The position numbers and the translations under genes were made by a program. The notes below the pieces were generated by a model. It saw only the letters and a program-made list of their open reading frames with translations, did no database searches and was not told the DNA's origin. A stretch of DNA of 64,000 nt, from positions 97,960,001 to 98,024,000 of the forward strand of contig OZ260661.1 in the NCBI GenBank assembly GCA_965285935.1, read 5' to 3'. The DNA is from Ophelia neglecta (taxonomy: Eukaryota). Below are positions 11,201-23,312 of the stretch, piece after piece; position 1 is the stretch's first letter, and every line of letters begins with the position of its first letter.

Positions 11201-14200
11201 TGTCCGCAATTATCACAACTTATGCCTGAGGGAGTCGGGCGTCACAAAAAAAACCAATTTATCGTTGCAGGCGGAATATTGACTGCAGGTTTAAGGATTC
11301 ATCAGAATAGGATATAAGTCGTTAATGCCAAAACTACAAGTATTTTATCATTGAACACCCTTCGTAGTGGTGCAACCGATATGAAATGTAAAATAAAAAA
11401 TATTTGTTACGACATGCCAGTATGTTTAAGTTAATATGTCTGTAAAGCAGTTGCAATATTTTCATAAAATATATTTATAGAGATCGGCAATATCTTTCCT
11501 TTTTATAACAACTTTTAATAAATTCCACTTGAGGTTAAACTGTATGTTGAGTGTTGAATAATGTCTATCGTTATATTATGGCTACAGTAAAATCAGGTAT
11601 CAATTTTATAAATATCCAGAACAATTTGCTTTTTTTTATACAGGATCACTGAAGTTATTATCATATTTTTGGCATTAAACATGGTTGGAATTCACCAATG
11701 ATATATACTTACTTGTCTTTGAAATTTCTTGCCTATTCATCAAGTCTTAACTCAAATCATAGACGTTTTGCTGAAGCAAGTTATTATTTTACTAAATATA
11801 TTAAACTGTTTGAAGGATTTTAAAAGGCACTGAGCATATTTGGCGTTTGATAGTTATTTGCTGTAATGTTATGCTTTTCGATCTATACAACAGTTCAGTA
11901 AAAATGTGAAGGTAGAAATGTGTTTAGTAGTTTACCTGTTTCTGTTTTGATTGATTTGAGGTTTATTGGAGCACATTTGTGTGTTTTAAAAATCACAAAT
12001 GGAACAATAGGTTAGCATAACAGTAATATTGTTGTGAATAATCAAAAATTATTAATTAAACAAAATCGATCTTCTTATATAACTCAACTGAGACATTTCA
12101 TCCATTGATGTAATTTATCAGCCATCATCATTCATTTTCTTTTTTATCTTGCCTAACTTAAATTGACTTCAGAAATAGACAAGCCTATATGGGTTGAAGG
12201 ATAAAAATATAAACAAGATGGAAGTACAATTACTCAGATAAATAAATAAAAAGCTTAAATTTCCTACATGGAAAACATTAACTAAATGGAACAAATAACT
12301 AAAACTGTTATCAGTGATGTCTGTGGTGATTGACTCCCCTTTAAGCAGATTGTTCATATTATATATAGAGTTATGTAAACACGGGAGTGGACACCTGACA
12401 GACAAAGCGAAGTCGCCAAACAAGAGTAGTAACCACCAGCCACAAATGCCTCTCTATATAACAAGAGACAATCCTTGTACTGATTCCGTACCAAACGTTG
12501 TGTGATCATGGCAATGTGATGAAAGTTAGAAAGAGGCCTATGATCATTGAGTGGATCTGGGGATTTATTTATGATAAATAGGAGCTAGTCAGGCAGACTT
12601 CCAATAGTTTGGGTAGTAGTCTGTGTTTCATGAAGCGTATGAAGATAAGACAACGAAGTAGTGATTAAAATGAACAACTTACTGATTGTCAAACCTTGGA
12701 ATACAATGAAGGAAGAAAACACTCTATAATTATAAAGGTAGCCTATTTGACTATAAATATTTTGTAATGGCATAATCAATTTCTGCAGATGATCAATGCT
12801 GAATATCTTGATATTGACCACGTCACATATTCTCATAGTAAGCTTATATTCGGTTAATCTCCTAAGATCCATTTCGTCAGATGCCATGTATTTCAAAATT
12901 GCTAATTTGAACGCTTTGCCATTTGAAGTCTAGTAAATAATCAGTACACTATATTAAAAACCGATACAATGACAAATTGAATAGCAACATTCAATTTTTT
13001 ACATAGATTACTGGCCATTTTGAGCTTGGAATAAAATAGGGCCAACGGAGGGAACTGTATCCAAAACAGCTGGCAAACAGATGGGATTGATTTGACAAGA
13101 CAAAATCGGCATTTTGCCATGTGGCGTTCGTATGGTTATCGTCCTGACATTTAATGTCGAATTGTATAGAAAATAAAAGTAGCCCAACCGAAATAAAATA
13201 GGATCTGTCCATTTTCTCAGGACACTTATCAAAATCAAACCTATGGCAATTGGAAATATTTTATTGATGGTTTAGACAATGCATTGCTTGGATATTTTGT
13301 TTTAGTGTTCGCCATTCCAATCTTGTAGTACAATGTGTTTGTTTAAAAAAGGCGTCCTTGTTCCTGCTGTGTTAACTTGAGGTTATTTGTGTGAAAACAT
13401 AATCACTCATGAAAAAAAGCAAAATGTCATTCAGAGAAACATTCTAAAGTGTAGGAAAGAGGAAGTTGACAGCCTGAATGGTCCGCTAATATGAAATCTA
13501 GGCCAAATCCACATCTTATAACGCGAGCTATCTACGTGGATTGATTGGTTCGTTGGTATGCAAAAGACGTTGGAGTTCTCCTGTTGCAACGCTTCAGCAA
13601 CTCCTATTAACACTCCTAAAGTCTTTTGCGTCATTACCGTCATTCCTCAATCTCAGAACCAATTCTACCAGCAAAGCAAAAGCATTAGATCTGTAAAAGG
13701 AGCCGTGTGCAGGAAATAAGTCTTATGTACCAGTTCAATGGCAGAAACAATGATATACGCGACATGCAGCACCTAGAGAACTATGTGTATGCTCATTGTA
13801 TAATATGTTAATATGCTCAATGGGGACTCTAAAACAAACATCGAAACAGACTTGTATATGTGTGCTGATGTGTTACCTTGATTAATTTCTTTTACAGATT
13901 TGAGCTTAGATACACCTACACGAATGTAGGGCTACCTGTTGGATCTGAGTGGATTTTGTTCTGATATTCCGATCATTGGTCTCTATTCCGATATCGTTTG
14001 GCCTCCACAGCCTTCAGAGCACATTGATTGGGTTTTTAGGCAAAAAATCCACCCTGTTTATTTTCCTTTGTCTTAACACTACATTACATCTCGGTAATGT
14101 AGTTTTGTTGCTCATTGAGTGGATGTTACATTAGTCATGATTAACGCACTTGGACCATAACGTTACCAGAAAATAATGGTTTTCGGGGCTATCGCCCTTC

Positions 14201-15099
14201 AGACCAATATTAATGAAAAAATGTAGTTTTCCCAATGCATTAACTCAACGTAATGGCTTAAAGACAGCATGCCTCGGTTTATTGGCATGAAGAATCAATT
14301 AATTTTAAAGCAGATTTGCGTGAAGTGCGGATAACTGCTTTGTTATATAAAAAAAGATGCCTGAATATCGGCTTTCAAAAGTCCTGCACTTTTATCAGTG
14401 GGTGAGGCACCATTTACACCTGGTGAGGAGAGACATATTGATTGTTTAAAACGGTACGATCTAGAACATGTAAAGTATAAGGGTAATAGTAAATGTATAT
14501 TGTACCGATACCGAGTGATCTGAATGGTAATATTCAAGGACGACCTTGTAAACGCTATTTATGCCTGTCATAAAAATATAATATTAATAAGTTATGGTGT
14601 GCCGATACGAAGGTTAACCGTGGAGCTTCGTCTGCAATGTAATCGAAGTGGATGAATGCATAATATGATCCCATGGAAATGACAAGGAGATGGTTAATTA
14701 ATAAGTGTAATATTCTCCCGTAATTACACAACAGATCCGGAATTTTGCTTGTGTTGTTCAGTTACTACACTGCCTATAATTGTGGTGGCTGTTGCCATTC
14801 AAACTAACTATAGGTAGTGAATTTTCCTCTGTTAGCCGCAAGTTACAGAGTTACAACCTCATGTCTTGACAGTGAAACTGTGATCTTCCAGAAATTGGCA
14901 AGAAAATAATATATCACGATTAAAGCAGATGCGTTAGTATGCTAATAAGGTTTCTTTATTTATGATAAAACGCTTTATTGTCCTAAGATTTGACCAAAAA
15001 CAAGTTAACACATGTGTCAAGACAATTTAATATAATGAGATGTAAAACGACCTATGCGATCCAGACTTTTATCCAGAGTCTTTATCTTTTCCCTCTTTA

Positions 15100-15850
15100 G
15101 TATGCTAGAACATTTTACACCCTACCTTGGTTTCGTGGTAATTCAGACAATTCCCTCAGCAGTCTCAAATTATAAGAGAGATTAAACGACCAAAGACTCT
15201 CCAAGTGCAAAATTCGTCTCTGTCGTACGTTGACCGATGCCTTGTTTGTTTATATGCTGTGACTCACATCCTGAAAAAATGTTCTTCTCATTGCAAGTGA
15301 TATCAGTTTAATCTGTTCATTGTCTGCTCGGTATTCACTCCCATTTTTCCTCTGCAGTGCCCTCTGGCGACCTAGGGGATCTTTTTTCGAAAACCAGTAA
15401 AAGGAAAATACGGAAGCAGATACGCGGCAGACAAAGTAAAATCGCTAATAAAACTTTTAATCGGTCAGACATCATTAGGAACTACCAGAAACAATATTAT
15501 TATGAATTCACTGAATCTAGTTTCGAAAAATGAATGAGAATAGTAAGAGTTGCAGTGGGGACTGGTTAAGGTATCTTCTAATGTATTGGCAAGTCAAGTG
15601 CAGAAACCCAGTGTACACGATGTTGTTGACTTGTGTTTCTAGACAGAAACTAGAGTCGACGTATGCGCCCAGATTTATGACCTTGTATGACCGATTTACC
15701 CATTTTACGGTGCATGCTGACTGATAAAACCTTGATGACAAATTATGAACTCAGCCCAGTCATTATTCGATCATTTGTTTTACTGGTTAGCTCTGTTGCC
15801 TGAAGGCAACGTAGACCTTTCACGTCTCTAAGACGGCTACCAATTACCTT
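15100..15850 (-). mobile_element. L2-clade LINE ORF2 3' fragment (decayed)
   Basis: The minus-strand translation KVINLGAYVDSSFCLETQVNNIVYTGFLHLTCQYIRRYLNQSPLQLLLFSFI, then in a shifted frame SKLDSVNS, matches the L2 ORF2 C-terminal pattern (VRNLGVxFDxxLSMExHINxIxRxxFFHLRNIxRIRRYL...LVHAFIxSRLDYCNS). A weaker LWSFNLSYNLR (cf. LWNSLPxxLR) lies near 15170-15210. Boundaries are approximate. Confidence 0.75.
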
Positions 15851-16912
15851 GGCTGAGCAAAATTGCTTTTTATTAAGCCTACATTGCTTATGGCTCAAAA
15901 TCGTTTGAAATGTCTTTTTTAAGGGGTGTCTGGATTGGTTTATTGGGCATGTCTCAGAATGACAGAAAAAAAGAAACAACAGTGATAATTGTAATTAATC
16001 GTTATTTGAGATCAATGTAAAAAGGCCAGAGTGTAATTATTTTTTTCTTGGAAGCATGTTTGCTTTATATCTTTGTGAAGTGGTTTTCAGAAGTATTGAG
16101 CATTATCATAAAAGAGGGCCATGCAAGCTCTCCAGAACGTCCTGGGATCGGTGGAACCCTTATCAAATCACTTTTTCTGTAGCTTTTTTCAAGTATTGCA
16201 AGTACACACGTGGGATCCGACAGTTCCCAGTTCATGAAGGTTAACTAATGTCGACAAATGTATCCCTGATGATGGTTGATATGTTTTAGGATTAGTGGCA
16301 GAGATGTCTAAGCCAACACAACTCAGACAACAGGGGGTTCAAGGTAAACAACGTGTATTAAATACAAATGGACTGAAGATACTTGTCTTCATCTTAAAAA
16401 ACCTTGCCCCCAAAATATATGGAAACAGTATCAGGAGTAAACCAATAGACCAAGATCGGTATAACCACGCAACGGATTAAATATACTTAGTTGTTGCACT
16501 CTACCTTCACGCCAAGCAAATGCTTAAATAATATTAAAAATAGCGAAAAAAAATTTCACCAGATTAAAGTTAGACCAAAATATACTATACAACTATTCCT
16601 GAACAAGGATCTAAATGCTCATTTCGCAAATCTGAAAACGAATCTGCCTATGTTTTCTACTTCATTGCAAAAGTTTCTACTAAGAATTTTATAAGAAAAG
16701 TTAGCTGTTCCAGCCTCATCCGATCTAAATGAAATAAACAAATAAAGATTTAAATTGAATTTGGATGCACTTAGCCTATTATACCATTCATAACTTCCGA
16801 TTTTCAAATATAAATGCATCTTCTTAACACAAGTTGGCTTATACTTATCATTTACGCGTACTTCATTGACTGTATTGGCAATGTTTGTTAAAATGCACAC
16901 GTCTCATTTCAG

Positions 16913-18526
16913 GTTCTTACCACCAGAGGTGCCCAGAGAACAGACGAACCTTGCGTGAAGTCGCCGACAATATGTCTACAGAGTTATCAGGGATCTCAAG
17001 AGCGAGTCGACCTGCTGGCAGTCCCGGATATGACGTCGGTACCAAGCGCCTCCCCTTCATGCCTTTCCGTGCCCAGCGTCTACGGCTACATAGGGAATAT
17101 ATTCGAAGGCAGCCGGCGGGCAAGCAGCACAACTTCCTCCATATTTGACCTGACAATGGAAGGCGAACAACTTGAAAAAGCGATCAGTGATAATGACATC
17201 AAAATTGTCAAAAAAATCCTCGATTTGCATTTGAACAGATTTTCCGCCCACCACCGGCATTCTGAGTGTTGGGAGGGGTGGAGCGGGGGGGAATCAAACG
17301 ACACGCGATCTTACAGTTACCCTAGGTCCTGTCCGGAAGCTGAAAACATAAGGTCTCGGAAACCTTCCCTGTCTCCCCAGCAAACACTACTACCCTGCCA
17401 TGATCCCGAGCTCGAGAGAAGAGAAAGCAGTGCAACAGACAACACAGACTCACCATTGCCGATCATATTTAGAAACTCCCTTTATATCGCCATTCGGCAC
17501 AGTGCAAATGATGTTCTTAGTGTACTTCTTGACCGAGGGGTTGACCCGAATGAAGTCGGCATAAGTCTGAGCGCTGATGGTCGCCGTTGTAGTAGTATTT
17601 CGGATATACTTCTCCCCACCAAGGAACGGAAAGATTCGCGTTTGGTGTCTTATAACATAGGCGTTGAGGGACCGGATCAAGAGAGTCTATTAGTCCAACA
17701 GTCTTCGACCCAGAAGGGAAATAAATCGGAAGTTCGTATTTCTACTGACGAGTCTGCCGCTTTGCTAGGACACGAGCTTACGAGAGGGGAGAGTACCCCG
17801 TTGCCAGTGCCTCGCCAGAGTGATGCCCACGCTCCCTATGCCACCGTCGCCAAGCCGTTTCCTCCGAGGCAGGACCCTGTCACCACCTACACAGCAGATA
17901 CACTGCTTAGCCTGCCGCCCATTTTTCTGGCAGTGACCGAGAAAAACGCCGTCGCTGTGCGCCTGCTCCTTCATCACGGGGCTCAGGTGAACTTTCAGGA
18001 CAGCTACGGCACGACGCCACTACATCTCAGTGCCAGCCTACAATACCGGTGCTGGGAGTGTGCTCAATCCCTTGTCCAATATGGAGCCAAAATCCACAAC
18101 AGAAACCACGCCGGGCTGTCACCGTGTGATTTCTTCCCAGAACTAGCCAAAGAGCAGCACCGCCTGCTGAGGGAGAATCTACATTCAGTGACAAGAACTC
18201 TGAAGGGATGTATTAAAGGGCGATCTCACCCGGCTGTCGGCGGTGCATCAGACCCACTTCGGTATATTGGCGCTCGGTTTTTTAGGAGAGGCAGGGTAAA
18301 CAGCGATGTGTCTAGGATTTATTCTAAAAGCGTCAAGGAAATAAGTCGGAGAGCTAAGGATTCTTTATGCGTTGAGCGCGAATTGGAGTCTTTCATTGAG
18401 GATCAGGTCTCCTCCGCCAGTTCAGGAAAGAGCCGCCTTAGTTACAACTTCCTTTTAAGTACCTCGCCGCCTAAGAGCGAATACGAGGATTTAGAAATGG
18501 ATACTAAAAGCGCTGATCCTGAGAAG
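16913..18526 (+). CDS. Large coding exon of an ankyrin-repeat protein gene (partial gene; other exons not found in the window)
   Basis: The 528-aa ORF (16955-18541) is the only long ORF and is GC-richer than its flanks. The acceptor gtctcatttcAG ends at 16912, with an in-frame TAA at 16889-16891 closing the frame upstream. The donor GAGAAG|GTAAGA follows 18526. Length is 1614 nt = 538 codons, phase 0 at both ends. Ankyrin-like units: FRNSLYIAIRHSANDVLSVLLDRGVDPNE, LPPIFLAVTEKNAVAVRLLLHHGAQVNFQD, YGTTPLHLSASLQYRCWECAQSLVQYGAKIHNRNHAGLSP, and a weaker EQLEKAISDNDIKIVKKILD. In-frame ATGs lie at 17030 and 17156. Confidence 0.9.
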
Positions 18527-21500
18527 GTAAGAAAACTATAAATTACTTTAGAATTATTATTGTACTCTGTCTGAATACCATACCCACTATCTAGGAACCA
18601 AGTTGTTGCTAGCTAACATTTAAATAAATCTAGACAGTGTTATATTTTACCGAAGTCAATGAGGACCTAGTTGATGTCATCTTGTTGCTGTCTCTTGTTT
18701 GAGACAGAAGGGTGTGTTTATCTGGATTTTATGGACCTAAACACCTCACCTTCGATGGTTATAGCCTAGACCGACAACCCGAACACTCGGAGATCTCCGC
18801 TGAGATGGCGCGTTATATATGCAGGGCAAAAACTTATCGTCTGGCGGCCTGGCTTGACGGGCTTTTATTGCCTGGCTATGGGGCTAGCTCAATCGTAAAT
18901 CACTAGTGCACAGCATCGATATAACGACAGGGCCTCGCCGACCTGCATTATTTATCATTGGAAATGGCTATGGAAATATACTTTAACAATAAAATCCAAG
19001 CGCCATCTTTATACCGCTTATTATGTAATGGAGTGTCATTCGCCGGATCAATAGCGATGATTAGAGCAGAAGCATAGTCCCTGAGCGAATGTGTTCACGT
19101 GCTTTTTGTTTCGAGAGAAAAAAATATTCACAAAAACTTTGTTTAACACAGTGCCTTTCTGCCAGTGAATGGAAGCAGCCCTCTTATCATAGTTCAGTCA
19201 GGTGCGTTCTACTTGCTCGTGGAGATGTACTAATACATTAAGGCCAATGTTCACGTAAACAGCGATTTGCACTCATCAATTAAACATATAGGCTATAGAT
19301 TAGGAAAAATGAGTCTTACTTTGATATTTTTATGTTTTGAACACATTTCATATTGTGTACACTAAGTTCGTATGCGCTTTACTTAGTGATGAAATACTCT
19401 TCACTTTATGATCCAAGACTTAACATAATATCATATATTAATTTATTAAAAACAGGTATTGAGATTGTCCTAAATTAATGGTAGATAATCATACTTGAGT
19501 TAAAGCCACCGATTATCTAGCACAGATTAAATAGGTTGATTACTAACATTTACTTGGTGGAAACAAATGTTAGGCCAGTTTATAGATAAGTATTGGAACC
19601 TATTTACTTGTAAAAAAAAGGTGAGTACCAAACCAACATAATGATTTGCTTATTCATATAATTATGCATCGAGAGAAACCATATATATGCATTCTTCAGC
19701 ATGTAACTGATAGAGGAAAACAGCTTTATTATAATATAATGAAGGTGTGGCACTACGAGTGGGCGGGTGTTGTCCGGAGACCTGAGAGTTCTAGACGCAT
19801 TGAAGACTACAATAAACAATAACCCCTACCAAGATGAGCGTGAAGAGCGATGCATTCCGCTGAAAGGCTAAGGGTACACATGGTTAGAAATTGTTTTTTC
19901 CAGGGAGCAAACCATGTATTTCTTTTGACCACGCGTGAAAAGCAAAAAAGAAAACAAAAAAAACAAACAAAAAAAACAGCTGCCACAAGTGCTTTCCATT
20001 GTACGGCTATTGGAACCCAAACTATAGATCACAAATGTTTGCTTCAGTACGAAGACAGTTGGTCTAAAATTGATGAATTCCATTGATATTAGTCTTGCTT
20101 CTTTCTGTTGATTGGCGAGATGATTCATTTTTTCAGAGGTATGAACGGAAAGGGGGTGTTGATATTTATCACCTTGCATGAAAAGAGAACACTTGTTTGG
20201 GGTCGATGTCGTCTGCTCCCCGCTCAGCCTATGGAATCATAAAGCCTCAACATGAATTATCACTCCATATTTCGTGATTCCGATCAGCACTCTTGCTATT
20301 TATAGCAACCATAATATTAGATGATCACAATGCAAGATGCAGCGTTAAATTATAACTCATAAATATTGTCAATAAAACGAGTAGGGTAGTCTGTGGTGAA
20401 ATGTCCACCTTAATGAAATCTTCTTTAAATGGTCCTGAAGGGGAATTTATTGTCGAAATATTTCTTTCAGTGGTCACATAATGTTGACATGTACGATAAT
20501 AAACGAAGCTTGATTGGCTCTTTAGAAATATGAAATCATCAATTCGAACATGTGAACGGTGATCGTTTAATTTCACTAGCTGGTAAAAGACCCCTGGGGG
20601 CATCTTACCCCATTACCCTATAGGAGGATTTAGCGATGATTCCAGTGGGCCATCTATAAAAAGGAGCAAGCAGAATATGGTTGAGCAAAATTCAGTGGAT
20701 AAAAATGGATGCGGGAAATCCCTAAATGATACTCCTGGACGAAATTAGTCTGAGACAATTAGTTGCCGGAATATTACCGCTTTGCAAATAACGAGATTGT
20801 TCCGCCTAAGTATACCCAGGTATTCCAATGTTGATGCTAAAAATGTACTTACTTTCACGACCTCGATAAAAGTTATCAAAGGACATTAAAAATCTAACCG
20901 AAAACCATCCGTTCGAAAACCATGCATCCAATGGGTAAATAATCCTGAGGGGACATTTTTTTGCCCCGTACAATGTACGAAATAGAGGAAAGAGGTTCGG
21001 GGCGGGGGGAGGGGGAGGTTCGCCCCAAGTGAATCAACCTGTTTTTGCTATGTATGCAGGGCTTTCGAATGCTTGCCATTTTATTTAAATTTGCCGTTTT
21101 TTAACCATATTTGATGTAAAATATATATGACCATTTTATATATTAAAGCACCCAGACATATTATACTCTGATTTTATTATTATGACGTGTGAAAACAAAA
21201 GGTCAATCTGCCCCCCCCCCCCCCCACACACACATACACAAACCTAAGCAATCGTTGCTTTACAATGGCAGTTAAGGTTCTTACCCCAAAGGGCCTCTTA
21301 CCCTTGCTTCCTTCGACAGTAGCCATACTAAAGTTGCGACCTCAGTATTATCAATCTACCAGACTTTACGAACAAGACGTCTGTAAAATACGAGTAGGCC
21401 TAAACACGTTTCTCATTCGTGGATATCAAGCGAGGAATTCTTTTCCTGCGCTGTGCCGACACTGATCTGTATTGTCATTCATATTATCCAATTCGCCTAA

Positions 21501-22857
21501 AAAACCTAATAGTAAGGCGGCCCCATATCCTTTCGAGATTTAATGCCCATTTTCCACATCATTTTGGTAGGTGACGGCCTTTTTTCATTGGAGAAATGAC
21601 CACGGTCATTGCCAGGGTAGCCGTGATTTGTTTACAACATTTTTTCTGGATGAGTGAGTATGCTGCCTGTAGATTTGTGCGCATATATTCTTGGGCGTAT
21701 CGCAGTGGGAGGCCATGGAAAATCTTCGGCTTGCCTTCAGCCAAACCAGTAGGAAGCCACGTACATTCTCTGATATTGATTGATCTCGATATAATATTAT
21801 AGCGGCTACACTTTCCCTCAATTAGCTTTTCCCTCACCCTGATGGCCAGCCAGATTATCCATTACAGTATATTTGGATGTTTCACATAAATGTGCTTGTG
21901 TGGGCACATTAATGAAGCATTGCCATATAGTTCATGCTGTGAATCACTGCGCCTGTCGTGAATAGTTCCCTAGTGCAATCAAGTCTAAGGCTTCAACCTT
22001 GGCCAAATCAAATGATAGAAAACGGTTATTTTTTGGAAAAAAAATAGGTTTGAGAGCAGACGAGAAACCGTTCCTGACTTTCCATGTGCACATCTCCTTG
22101 CCAAGAGACCCTGCACAACTTATCCAAATCGGCAATGCTAGTCTGATATAAGTGGTCTCTATACATTCTTTGGGAATAAAATGTTGACCCCTTGGCGCTG
22201 GTGCAAATTCTGCCTTCCATGCCAAGAAGAAATTTTTTGCCTTTGTTGCCACTGGCAGGTTTGATTCTGTTATAGCTAGAATAAATAAAATTAAAGTGCA
22301 TTAAACTGGGAAAATGTATCTGAGCTCACGCCATATATTATGAAAACAGCAATAAATGCCAACTGTTTTTTTGTTCACCATGAAGGGAATTACAATAGCC
22401 AAAATAATAAAAGAGATTGAACGAATCTAAATCATGATATAATTCAATTCCAATTATTTTCAAAGCAATGAGTAACCCGCAAAATGGTATAAACCAGGTG
22501 GTTCAACCAAAAAATATGATCGCTAGTCACCATGCATGGCCACGCTTAAATGTCAGAGACGGGCATTAATAAATGATACACTAGTGTTGTCGTGTCTGAA
22601 GATCTAGGGAAGATCCAAATCGTACCTATACGATGAGAACTGGTAAATGTGCCCGAAATAAATACTTAAGGACAGATCCCATAAATACAAATCAGATTAA
22701 CAGGAATTTTTTAGTACTAAAACCAGAGCAGAAGCTGCCAGAATACATGGAAAACTAGTGATACAGTAGGGTTGGAACTACACAACATCTAATGAATGCC
22801 AGGTCCTAGGCAGTTTGATGATATGTACTATGATGGTATATGTAGTATGATGATAAT

Positions 22858-23312
22858 TGTTATTGTGATGTTATGTATTATGTCTATAAAAGTTTTTATC
22901 CATATGTAAATACAAGTTTTTCAAGGACTTTAAAATGCTGTTCAACGTGATAGATATCGCCGCTACGGTATAAAAGGTGTATCTGACTGCGCGGCCGCAT
23001 GCAATAGCGTGAACACCGACGCTAAATTCATGCGGCCGCTAAGTCACCTCCGCCATAACGTGTCCCTATCGGCGAGTACCGCCATATTTAAGACGGCAAC
23101 AGCACTTCAAAGTTGGTAAAACTTTCTACATGTATATGTATATATTTTTTCGTAATTAATGTTATGAATCGATTATAAGGAATAAATTGTTTATTTTGTT
23201 CAAGTAAAACTAGATGACGCAGGCAAAATAGCGCCTTTATGGTAGCTAATGTTCGGCCGCGGAAGCACAATGCAGATGGTTCGTTCCATGTCTCTGTGGT
23301 CAACAGATAACA
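22858..23312 (+). mobile_element. Candidate solo LTR
   Basis: Termini TGTTAT...ATAACA are inverted. TATAAAAG (22969), a GC-rich hairpin (22991-23039) and AATAAA (23181) occur in U3-R-U5-like order. No matching TSD was found. Confidence 0.35.

Noticed and set aside
17057-17977. Minus-strand ORFs opposite the ankyrin exon
   Set aside because: They are antisense shadows of the real coding exon and have no independent motifs.
16955-18541. Treating the 528-aa ORF as a complete single-exon gene, or naming it a TRPA/pyrexia-type channel
   Set aside because: The track start is GTG, canonical splice sites bound the frame, and no transmembrane or channel domain is visible.
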